A stretch of DNA of 64,000 nt. Origin: Microcoleaceae cyanobacterium. Its GTDB lineage: Bacteria; Cyanobacteriota; Cyanobacteriia; Cyanobacteriales; Microcoleaceae. The notes under the pieces are model-generated. The model worked only from the letters and a program-made list of their open reading frames with translations. It was not told where the DNA came from and ran no database searches. The stretch is taken from assembly GCA_051652765.1 (NCBI GenBank), contig JBOFUV010000071.1, forward strand, positions 43,437 through 107,436, in the 5' to 3' direction. Positions 43,061 to 51,457 of this stretch are shown here, in pieces (position 1 is the stretch's first letter; each line of letters starts with the position of its first letter). The position numbers and the translations under genes are program-made.

Positions 43061-46000
43061 CTAGGTGTCTGATGGAAAGATAGCAGCAGAATTATTTCCT
43101 TGAAATACAACCTTTTTGTCAATCTCAGGATCTTCTCGTTCCCCTTCTAGCAATCGGGCAGCTAAACGTACATTTTCTAGTTCAGCATTGCGGACTTCTG
43201 CCTGAACTTTCTTCACATCCAAAGCACGATGAACCAGTTTGAAATCTTCCAGAATAGGATGTTTACCTGGCAAAGCTTCTATATAAGCTGAGCCTGTCGG
43301 CACAACCACCAGTTCGCTTTCTTTTCTGGGAGTTGTCATGCGTTTTTTGACAAGATTCAACAGATATTCTCGGTGTTCTGCAAAGACTTCAGGAGCATCT
43401 TTTTGTAGGCAACAGGCATACTCTAAAAGCTCCTCAGTGGTGTAGTTGCTAAATTCATCCGGATCGCGCAAACCACCTGTATGTGGATCGATATAATCCT
43501 GCATCATGTAGGTGTGCAGATAGCTTGCCTGACGCACTGGAAAAATCATGTAATTTCCCTTGTAACCCAGCAAATTATCCAGATCAGCTACTTGTGAGAG
43601 TTTTTTGGTGGTTTGCCTGAAGGAAGTAATCGGGATAGAAAGATCAACTTCATAAAGGGGGTTATCTAGGGGGGCAAATCGCAAACTATCGCGATCGCCT
43701 ACTCGCCTGCCAGTTGCTCGCACCCTAGCTGTAGTTTCCTGCAATTCAATCCAGGGAACTTCAATGTTATAGAGTCGGAAAAAGCGTTGATCCGGTGGCT
43801 CATAATCCCAAATCGCTTGCATGTAGTAGAAAAGATTTGCCTTAACATGAATTCGCAGACGAGCAATGGCAGTTTGGCGATCGAAATGCTCTTGTAATGC
43901 TCTCGTATATTTGTCAATAGCTTCTTGCAAAGCAGTTACCTCACGGGAAAGCTTGACACTTACTTCTTGGTTAGCCTTGTCTGCTCGCTCAAGTGCTAAC
44001 TTGGCAATTTCTTCTCGTTTTTCAGCAGCTTCATCATCTCCTCCGCCACCTGCAAGCGAAAATGGTCCAAAAACCATTGCCATACCAATGTCTTTTAATT
44101 TTGCTGCGTCATCAGGTGTACTGATCGTCACATCCATCAATTGCTGAAGTTCCTTAAAGGCTTCGTTAGCAAGATAGTTTTTGGTCTGTACTTGTTTCGT
44201 CAGTTCTTCAACCAAATTTACCTGACGCTTGACGTTATCATGCAAAGTCTGTAATGCCAGTTCATCCCCAGCAATACTGGTTGTTACATAGGATAGGGCT
44301 GGCAAAAAGGAATCATCCAGAATCACTCGGCGTAGAATCCAATCATGGGCAATCAACCAATCCTCATCAATTTCATCATCAATTTCATCTGAATAGGGTA
44401 CATGATTTGCTACGAGAATGACTGGATTCAGACGATGAATTTTTTCACTGATTTCGTACTGACGCTGTAACTCATAAAAAAGATACGTCACTGTAATTTC
44501 ATCGTTCGGGTTCATAATCTCGCCCGAATTTGTAATCTCGATCTCCTCAGTAACAGAAGTGTCAATCTCTAAGCGACGTTGCTGCTTATACTCTTCAGAA
44601 GATTTTAAGACAGCTTCTCGAAAATTCTTTTTAGTACTTGAAGATGTTTTTTCAGATTCAACGCCAAATCGCGTGCCAAATTCTCCTGTAAACACACCAA
44701 CGGTGACTGTTCCACTCGCATTCGCTTCAAAGGAAGTTTTTTCCCTTGCTTGCTTGGCGATTTCACTATCTGCTCGTGAAGTTGAAGAAGATTCTGCACT
44801 GCGGGTGCTTTGAGCATCTTCAATTTCTTTTTGAGAGCGGCTCTTCTTAATGACTTGTTTAGTCGTGTATTTTCGGATTTCTTTGGGAGCAAGGGGAATT
44901 GTAGATACCAACTCGCCAACTTGATAGTTGCCAGGAACCCATTTCTGACGATAGGTGGTCATCAAACCATAGTTCACTGAATTCGGTGCAAAAATGTCAA
45001 ACTGATACGCTTCAGCAAGACGCTGATCCAGTTCGTACATTAACTGCTTTAGTCGAGTGTTTGTTGAAGGACGACGACTGCGTGGGGCTGGTGGAGGTTG
45101 AGTGCTGCGACGTGGACGAGCTTGCGCTGCTCTAAAGATACTTAACGCCTCTGCTTTAAGCCCTTGATAGATTTGCTGGTAATCATTTTTATGACTTACC
45201 CAACTTGGATTCCATTCATTTCGAGCTTCTTGTGGCCAGTTTGGCAAATCGTCATCAAATTCCTGCTTTTTGACTTTGTATATGTTAACTAACCTAGTCA
45301 ATTCAGTTTTCTCGGAATCCTTCATATTTGACCAATCTTCATCAAGAATCTGCCCATCGAGCAACTGCATAACTGGCAGTGGAACCGATTCAGTCACTTC
45401 TGGTGGAGCAAGGTTGACGCTTTCTATGGTTTCCTGTAAAGCCACAAAATCTTCGTACAAACTACGCATATCTCGGACATTCCGAACTGGGGGCAATTCG
45501 TCTATACCCGATACACGATTCTTGTATCTCACCATTTCTGAGTAGATACTGCGGAAGAAAGTCGGCATTGATTTATCAAACGCCTCTGTCCAAACATGCT
45601 CAAAGGCAATTTGCAGCTCATGAAAATCGTGATAAGCCGTGACATCAGCAGGACCTTTCGGAATTCTGGCAACAATTTCACCATCTAATTCGACACCATA
45701 CTTCAGTTCTTGTTCTGGTGGGGTTGTATGCTTCATCTGACGGGTAATTTGTTCTCGCAGAAGGCTGCTTGTTGTCAATTCAGGTGTTTCAGGCGTTTCT
45801 GTCTCAGGCTCAGGTTCCTCACTTTCACCATTGGAATCTGCTCTGCATTTTGCTAAAGCTGCTTCAAATAAACGTTCTGCTTCTTTCGCTTTGAGACAAT
45901 TCTCAATTACGGGTCTGTTATACTCTAGAGTCCCACCCCCTGTAATATCTCGAATATATTCAACAACTTCTGCAAGAGAAACCTCACCACTAACACTTCC

Positions 46001-46822
46001 ATTGTTCGCAATAAGTCCCCACGCCTCAAGTTGCTCTTGAGTAAGATGAAGCACTAGCTTCCGTTTAGCTCCGAGGTCAAAACTTGGTAAGTCGATCAAG
46101 CCATTGTCAAATAGGTTGATTAATTTATCAAAAATCTTTTCTCCAGGGTTGAGATATGTAGCACTGGCTCTAACCTCTGGAGATACTTTGGAGAGGGTAA
46201 AGTTTTGAAATGCCTCGTCTGCTTTCTTTTTGGCAGCAATTGCAGGCTTTAGCCGCTCTTGTAACTGTTTTCTTAGAGTAGCCTGAACGCCTTGTTCAAA
46301 TTTGAAGGAAGCGTCCAGATTAGCGGTTACAGATTCAACTGTCGTAGTCGTTGCTTCAGTTGGTAGATTACGATAGGAAATTTGAAAGCGATTCAGCAAC
46401 TCTTGAGGAATACGAATGATGTATTCCTCATTCTTCCCAGAGTTGACAACGGGATCATAAGAGTAGTGAAGAATGCGCTCTGCAGAAGGTTCGGGGATGT
46501 TAAACGGCTTTTTGGGTTGTGTATCTTCTGGAGCCATCACAAGCAGCACCAAATCTGGGCGTTTGATTAACTCTCTCTGCTCAAAATCACTGTCCTCAAA
46601 CGCCAGTTCAAATCTTCCGTTTACATCCGTCAGTACTGAGCCAAGACGTTCTCCTGGAAAAGTTTGCCAATAAAACGGTAATGCCTGGTCGGGCACACTG
46701 AAAATTTCTGGTGGTGGTTCCTGTGAACCCTTATGGTTATCCTGATCGTAAAGAACGATTAACAAGTCAGGAATTCCTAATCCAGTTTCCTTAACCAAAA
46801 CCTTGCCACTGACTTTATACAT
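43061..46822 (-). CDS. Large (1253 aa) hypothetical protein, putative toxin/pore-forming structural component
   Basis: N-terminal transthyretin/carboxypeptidase-regulatory-like segment (VSGKV...LGSVLTDVNGRFEL), a Ser/Thr-rich amphipathic beta segment, and coiled coils. Function is an inference. Confidence 0.8.
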   Translation of the reverse strand: MYKVSGKVLVKETGLGIPDLLIVLYDQDNHKGSQEPPPEIFSVPDQALPFYWQTFPGERLGSVLTDVNGRFELAFEDSDFEQRELIKRPDLVLLVMAPEDTQPKKPFNIPEPSAERILHYSYDPVVNSGKNEEYIIRIPQELLNRFQISYRNLPTEATTTTVESVTANLDASFKFEQGVQATLRKQLQERLKPAIAAKKKADEAFQNFTLSKVSPEVRASATYLNPGEKIFDKLINLFDNGLIDLPSFDLGAKRKLVLHLTQEQLEAWGLIANNGSVSGEVSLAEVVEYIRDITGGGTLEYNRPVIENCLKAKEAERLFEAALAKCRADSNGESEEPEPETETPETPELTTSSLLREQITRQMKHTTPPEQELKYGVELDGEIVARIPKGPADVTAYHDFHELQIAFEHVWTEAFDKSMPTFFRSIYSEMVRYKNRVSGIDELPPVRNVRDMRSLYEDFVALQETIESVNLAPPEVTESVPLPVMQLLDGQILDEDWSNMKDSEKTELTRLVNIYKVKKQEFDDDLPNWPQEARNEWNPSWVSHKNDYQQIYQGLKAEALSIFRAAQARPRRSTQPPPAPRSRRPSTNTRLKQLMYELDQRLAEAYQFDIFAPNSVNYGLMTTYRQKWVPGNYQVGELVSTIPLAPKEIRKYTTKQVIKKSRSQKEIEDAQSTRSAESSSTSRADSEIAKQAREKTSFEANASGTVTVGVFTGEFGTRFGVESEKTSSSTKKNFREAVLKSSEEYKQQRRLEIDTSVTEEIEITNSGEIMNPNDEITVTYLFYELQRQYEISEKIHRLNPVILVANHVPYSDEIDDEIDEDWLIAHDWILRRVILDDSFLPALSYVTTSIAGDELALQTLHDNVKRQVNLVEELTKQVQTKNYLANEAFKELQQLMDVTISTPDDAAKLKDIGMAMVFGPFSLAGGGGDDEAAEKREEIAKLALERADKANQEVSVKLSREVTALQEAIDKYTRALQEHFDRQTAIARLRIHVKANLFYYMQAIWDYEPPDQRFFRLYNIEVPWIELQETTARVRATGRRVGDRDSLRFAPLDNPLYEVDLSIPITSFRQTTKKLSQVADLDNLLGYKGNYMIFPVRQASYLHTYMMQDYIDPHTGGLRDPDEFSNYTTEELLEYACCLQKDAPEVFAEHREYLLNLVKKRMTTPRKESELVVVPTGSAYIEALPGKHPILEDFKLVHRALDVKKVQAEVRNAELENVRLAARLLEGEREDPEIDKKVVFQGNNSAAIFPSDT

Positions 46823-47001
46823 GGTAGTTCTCCGGGGGCGTATACATTAAGAACAAGTTCTAAAAAGCAGACAGCGAAGAAATTTAACTCACTCAATCGA
46901 CTTTCAGCATAAATGACATATTTTTTTACTAGAAGTACCCATGAGGATACCTCTAATGTCCAAAGTTTTCAGTGGTAGAGCAAACAGAATGCCATCACAG
47001 C

Positions 47002-47008
47002 ATCTAAC
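47002..47008 (-). other. Candidate attI core site (GTTAGAT)
   Basis: Matches GTTRRRY on the strand of the cargo genes, about 75 bp upstream of the integrase remnant. Confidence 0.35.
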
Positions 47009-47082
47009 TATTTATTATATTGAAACTTTCTAACATCGACTTATTCAAAGGATTACCTCGAAATTTTCTGTATAAACCCCAA

Positions 47083-47184
47083 ATGGAACAACGCCCAAAA
47101 AAGCTGCTAGATCAGGTGCTCGACGTGATTCAACTCAAGCACTTAAGCCATCGCACCGAAAAAAGCTATCTTTATTCCATTTGA
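47083..47184 (+). pseudogene. intI: Truncated integron integrase N-terminus
   Basis: Manual translation MEQRPKKLLDQVLDVIQLKHLSHRTEKSYLYSI* matches the IntI N-terminal pattern LLDQVR..IR.KHYS.RTE..Y..WI. Confidence 0.8.
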
Positions 47185-47235
47185 GATTAGAAAGCATTTA
47201 GAGTCGATCTAACACTGGAGCGATCTGAAAAATTG

Positions 47236-47348
47236 GGCGTTGCTTAATGACAGTATGAGCGCCCCCTTAATCCCCCAACCTTAGAGGATTAAGGGGGCAA
47301 CATAGCATTATAGGGTTCGACAGATTCATGCTTCAGTTCAGCAACGCC
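47236..47348. repeat. REP/MITE-like element with GGCGTTGCT(G/T)AA...TTCAGCAACGCC ends
   Basis: 11/12 terminal inverted repeat and an internal GCCCCCTTAATCC/GGATTAAGGGGGC hairpin. Confidence 0.7.
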
Positions 47349-47381
47349 ATAAATCCGTGTTGGGCTACATTTGAATTCAGA

Positions 47382-47541
47382 TTGATCGTTCATCAAACCC
47401 CCATTGATCTCAAACTCAGATCAAGTTGATTGCAGAGCGTTTGCCCGTTGATCTTACACTCAGATCAAGTTGATCATGCTTTGCACCCGCGTTGATCTCA
47501 CTCCGAACCCGCATTGATCTTGCTTTATACCCGTGTTGATC
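47382..47541. repeat. 22-bp-period array of TTGAT(C) cores, 8 units
   Basis: TTGAT starts at 47382, 47404, 47426, 47448, 47470, 47492, 47514 and 47536. Confidence 0.9.
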
Positions 47542-47545
47542 TTGG

Positions 47546-47732
47546 GGCGTTGCTGAACTGTGGAATGAATCTGTCAAACCACAAAATCTGGCATTGCCTC
47601 CTAAATCCCCCGTTCGGCTGAGCGTTCGACTGAGCTCACGCCGAAGTCTCACGACGAAGCCAAGCTTGGGGGACTTTGAGAAATCTGGCTCCCCCAGAAT
47701 TGGGAGTGGGGGGCAAATTCATCCTCAACGCC
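47546..47732. repeat. Second GGCGTTGCTGAA-family element with a nested palindromic insert
   Basis: Left end is the inverse of the right end of the previous element (31/35). Contains TTCGACTGAGCTCACGCCGAAG-type repeats and CCCCCAGAATTGGG hairpins. Confidence 0.65.
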
Positions 47733-47753
47733 GAAAATTGAATTTTGCATTGA

Positions 47754-47897
47754 ATTTTGTCAGGACTGGGGGTAAACCGAGCGTAGAATCTTACAATGAA
47801 TTTTAGTTATGAATTCCAGTGAAGCGACTTGAGGTGTCATTGAACAGTATTCATTCCAGCCCGACCTTAGTTCATCTGCTGCGCGATCGCGCCCAAA
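47754..47897 (+). repeat. 144-bp direct repeat, right copy (native FAAL 5' region)
   Basis: 143/144 identical to 40576..40719. Confidence 0.97.
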
Positions 47898-49672
47898 CCT
47901 TGCCAGATCAGCAGGCTTATACCTTCCTTCCAGATGGCGAGACAGAATCTGGGAATTTAACCTATGGCCAGCTTGACCAACAGGCCAGACAACTTGCTGC
48001 CTATCTCCAGTCTCTCCATGCTTTCGGTGTCCGCGCCTTAGTCGTTTATCCCTACACCGCCGGGTTAGAATTCATCGCCACTTTTTTTGGCTGTCTCTAC
48101 GCCGGAGTGATTGCCGTAACCTGCAACCCCCCCCACTCTAGCCAGGAAATCGACAAAATTCTAGATCGACTTGCATCTTCCCAAGCCACCGTTGCCCTCA
48201 CCAATCAGGCCCTACTGACCCAACTCCAGGGATTGATGGCCAAGCGTCCTGAATTAGCCAACTCTTTTAGTCGCGTTTCCTGGATTGCGACCGATACCCT
48301 GTTATCACCTTCGGCAGAAAGTGGGTCTGAACATTGGGCTGAAAACTGGGCTGAACCGAACGTAACCCCAGATACTCTGGCCTTTCTACAGTACACCTCC
48401 GGTTCCACAGGCACTCCCAAGGGGGTAAAGGTCACCCATAAAAACGTGTTACACAACTCTGCCTTGATTTACCAGTGTTTTGGCCACAGTGCCCATAGTC
48501 AAGGGGTAATGTGGCTGCCTTTGTTTCACGACATGGGATTAATTGGCGGGGTGATTCAACCCTTGTATGGCGGATTTCCCGTCACCTTAATGTCTCCTGT
48601 GGCCTTGATTCAAAAACCCTTCCGCTGGTTGCAAGCGGTTTCCAAGTACCGGGCCACTACTAGCGGTGGCCCCAACTTTGCCTATGATTTGGCCTGTCGG
48701 CAGGTGACTCTAGAACAATTGCACACCCTGGACTTGAAGACTTGGGATTTGGCCTTCTCTGGGGCTGAACCTGTACGGGCCGAAACCTTGGAACGATTTA
48801 CCCAAACCTTTGCCCCCTGCGGATTTCGGTCTGAAGCGTTCTATCCCTGCTATGGTATGGCAGAAGCAACCCTGTTCATATCCGGGGGAATCAAAGCAGA
48901 ACAACCCGTGGTGCAGGTTGTTGATGGTGGGATGTTGGAACAGAATCAGGGGGTTGAAGTTGCCCCAGATCATCCGCAGGCGCGGCAGTTAGTTGGATGT
49001 GGCCAAGGATGGTTGGGCGATGAGATGGTCATCGTCAACCCAGACGTTAACCTAGGGGGGTTCATCCCCTGTGCCGAAAATCAAGTGGGAGAAATCTGGT
49101 TTAGGGGTTCCGGTGTGGGTCAGGGCTATTGGAACCAACCGGAAGAAACGGAACAGATGTTTCAAGCTTATCTGGGCGAGCGGGGGCCGTTCCTACGAAC
49201 GGGGGATTTGGGATTCCTGCGAAATGGAGAACTCTTCATCACGGGCCGCATCAAGGACATGATGATTCTTTGGGGTCGCAATCGCTATCCTCAGGACATT
49301 GAAAAAACTGTGGAACACTGTCATCCTGCCTTGCGTTCGGGCTGTGGCGCGGCTTTCTCAATTGAAGCCGAGGGAGAGGAACGGTTGGTGATTGCCTATG
49401 AGGTAGAACGGCAAATGCTGAAACGGTTGAACGTTCCTGAATGTGTTGCGGAGGTTGTAGCCACAATTCGCCAAGCTGTTGCCGAACAACATACAGTAGA
49501 TGTTTATGCGATCGCCCTGTTAAAAACGGGCACGATTCCCAAAACCTCCAGTGGCAAAATTCAACGCCGTGCCTGTCGCGCTCAGTTCTTGCAGCAGGCG
49601 TTAAACCTTGTGGCTCAATGGCAACTTTCAGAGGAATCTAGTAGTCTAGTGGAGTTGGCCAATCAGGTTTAA
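47819..49672 (+). CDS. Fatty acyl-AMP ligase (FAAL)
   Basis: LAFLQYTSGSTGTPKGV, WLPLFHDMGLIG, PCYGMAEATL, LRTGDLG and PKTSSGKIQR. Confidence 0.93.
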   Translation: MKRLEVSLNSIHSSPTLVHLLRDRAQTLPDQQAYTFLPDGETESGNLTYGQLDQQARQLAAYLQSLHAFGVRALVVYPYTAGLEFIATFFGCLYAGVIAVTCNPPHSSQEIDKILDRLASSQATVALTNQALLTQLQGLMAKRPELANSFSRVSWIATDTLLSPSAESGSEHWAENWAEPNVTPDTLAFLQYTSGSTGTPKGVKVTHKNVLHNSALIYQCFGHSAHSQGVMWLPLFHDMGLIGGVIQPLYGGFPVTLMSPVALIQKPFRWLQAVSKYRATTSGGPNFAYDLACRQVTLEQLHTLDLKTWDLAFSGAEPVRAETLERFTQTFAPCGFRSEAFYPCYGMAEATLFISGGIKAEQPVVQVVDGGMLEQNQGVEVAPDHPQARQLVGCGQGWLGDEMVIVNPDVNLGGFIPCAENQVGEIWFRGSGVGQGYWNQPEETEQMFQAYLGERGPFLRTGDLGFLRNGELFITGRIKDMMILWGRNRYPQDIEKTVEHCHPALRSGCGAAFSIEAEGEERLVIAYEVERQMLKRLNVPECVAEVVATIRQAVAEQHTVDVYAIALLKTGTIPKTSSGKIQRRACRAQFLQQALNLVAQWQLSEESSSLVELANQV

Positions 49673-49797
49673 AGTCGGGTTTTGGATCGAAAGGCCATGC
49701 TATTATACTCGCTGACTTTGAGAGGAATTTCAGGAGTTTTGTCAGTGAATTGGACAGTTAATTGGGCAGAATCAAAGGTTAATAATGAAAGGTTAAT

Positions 49798-50676
49798 TTG
49801 GAGTTAAGACGACAAGATATGATACAGTCTTCAGCGAAAAATTCGGTGCAAGAGTCTATAAAAGAGATTCAGAAGAAAATTAAAAAGTTTTTGCTCCTGA
49901 AAGTGGGTGTTAATATCCTTTGGAGCTTTGAAAAAGTGATTCCCAAATTTTCTTTACTGGGGGACAAGCCATTTTTTGAGCGGGAACAACTCGATTGGGT
50001 TCCAGAACTTGAAGCAAACTGGTCTTTGATTCGGAAAGAACTGGATGAAATTCTGAAATATCGAGATGAGCTGCCCAATTTCCAAGATATTACACCTGAC
50101 ATTGCTGCTAGCACGAGTTTGGATAATCTTTGGAAAACCTACTTCTTTTATGGTTACGGGATTAAGGTAGAAAATAGCTGCCGTCGCTGTCCAGAAACTG
50201 CCCGCACCTTGGAAAAAATTCCGGGTTTAAAGACTGCGTTCTTCTCAATTTTATTGCCTGGAAAACACATTGCCGAACATCGAGGCCCCTATAAAGGCGT
50301 GTTGCGTTGTTTATTGGGCTTGAAAATTCCTCAACCCCAAGAATTATGTCGGCTTCGTGTAGCCAATGAAGTCCGCTATTGGGAGGAGGGAAAATGTCTT
50401 TTATTTGATGATTCTTTTCCCCATGAAGCCTGGAACGAAACCGATGAAACTCGTGTGGTTTTATTCATTGATTTTGTCCATCCGCTGAAATTTCCAGTAT
50501 CCCTGATCAATCGGTTCTTTATTCAGTTGATTGCCCTTTCTCCCTTCATTCAGGATTCTGGCCGCAATCAGCAAAAATGGGATCAACGATTAGAGAAGGT
50601 ATTTGCCAAGGACAAAAACCCAGAAGCGTTGAATTCAGAATCCCTAAATTCAGAAGCGTTGAAATCCAAAATTTAG
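49798..50676 (+). CDS. Aspartyl/asparaginyl beta-hydroxylase (LpxO-like) 2OG oxygenase
   Basis: AFFSILLPGKHIAEHRGP and FDDSFPHEAWN...RVVLFID motifs; start codon uncertain. Confidence 0.85.
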   Translation: MELRRQDMIQSSAKNSVQESIKEIQKKIKKFLLLKVGVNILWSFEKVIPKFSLLGDKPFFEREQLDWVPELEANWSLIRKELDEILKYRDELPNFQDITPDIAASTSLDNLWKTYFFYGYGIKVENSCRRCPETARTLEKIPGLKTAFFSILLPGKHIAEHRGPYKGVLRCLLGLKIPQPQELCRLRVANEVRYWEEGKCLLFDDSFPHEAWNETDETRVVLFIDFVHPLKFPVSLINRFFIQLIALSPFIQDSGRNQQKWDQRLEKVFAKDKNPEALNSESLNSEALKSKI

Positions 50677-50935
50677 CCTTCAACCCTGCGATCCAGGCGA
50701 CTACTCCATATTCCCGGTGGGGCAATAGGAACCCCTCTATAACTTAGTGGTCTAACGATTGAGTTATGCCGCGATCGCGACTCAGTTTACAAGGGCAAGC
50801 ACAGGACAATGCCTTTGCACTCATCTTGTTCACTACAATCAATCAAGTAGTAGCAATTCATCGATTACCTGTCTAACTGGCATCCGATCATTTTCTTGCT
50901 GATGCCGAAGATAATAACCAATCGTGATGTAAACG

Positions 50936-51415
50936 TCAGACAAGGAAAGCGTTGAGTACCTTTGCACAATGGTTTCTGGAGAAGCACCATCCAAGTGTAA
51001 TTCCAGAAACTAGAAAATGTCTGAAATCGTATCCATTTAGATACATCCATCGAGCAATCTCTCCAACTGTGCGCCCCTTCTCTCCAAAACTACCAACATT
51101 TATCCCCTGAATTAATGTCATTAAGGGTGCTGGTAAACCCATTGGTGTAGCCACATCAGAAATCAGATGTCCAAGTTGGCGAAGAATTGCTTCAATGAGT
51201 CCAACAGGTTCAAGATTAGACCAAGCGGCTCCTTGTATCCATGTATGGGTATGGGTCAGATTATCATAGGAGAACCCAGTACTGGTTCCTCGCATAATGT
51301 CCAAAACACCAAAAACAAAGCCGAGAACTGGATCATGCCCCAAAGATTGAAAGCGATGTGATTTAGGAAACATGCCCGCAATACGTTCAACTCCGCAATC
51401 TTGTTCTGAACGGAT
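50936..51415 (-). pseudogene. Internal fragment of a hypothetical protein (GHDP-containing)
   Basis: HRFQSLGHDPVLG...HLISDVATPMGLP reads like the interior of a larger protein. No convincing start; the 3' end degenerates. Confidence 0.55.
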
Positions 51416-51457
51416 TGAAAAAGCTAGCTTAAACTGGGTTGTTAGCCCTCACCTGCA

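Larger units (their letters stand above)
40576..47897. mobile_element. Direct-repeat-bounded accessory island (about 7.2 kb)
   Basis: Flanked by 144-bp repeats. Carries unknown genes, an integrase remnant and MITE-like elements; HIP1 sites are sparse. Confidence 0.65.

Noticed and set aside
47382..47541. 22-bp array as a CRISPR array
   Set aside because: The conserved core is only 5-6 bp, the spacers are 16 bp and resemble each other, and no cas genes are in the window.
47416..47806. ORFs 47416..47652 (-) and 47594..47806 (+)
   Set aside because: They run across non-triplet repeats and REP-like elements and show no protein-like features.
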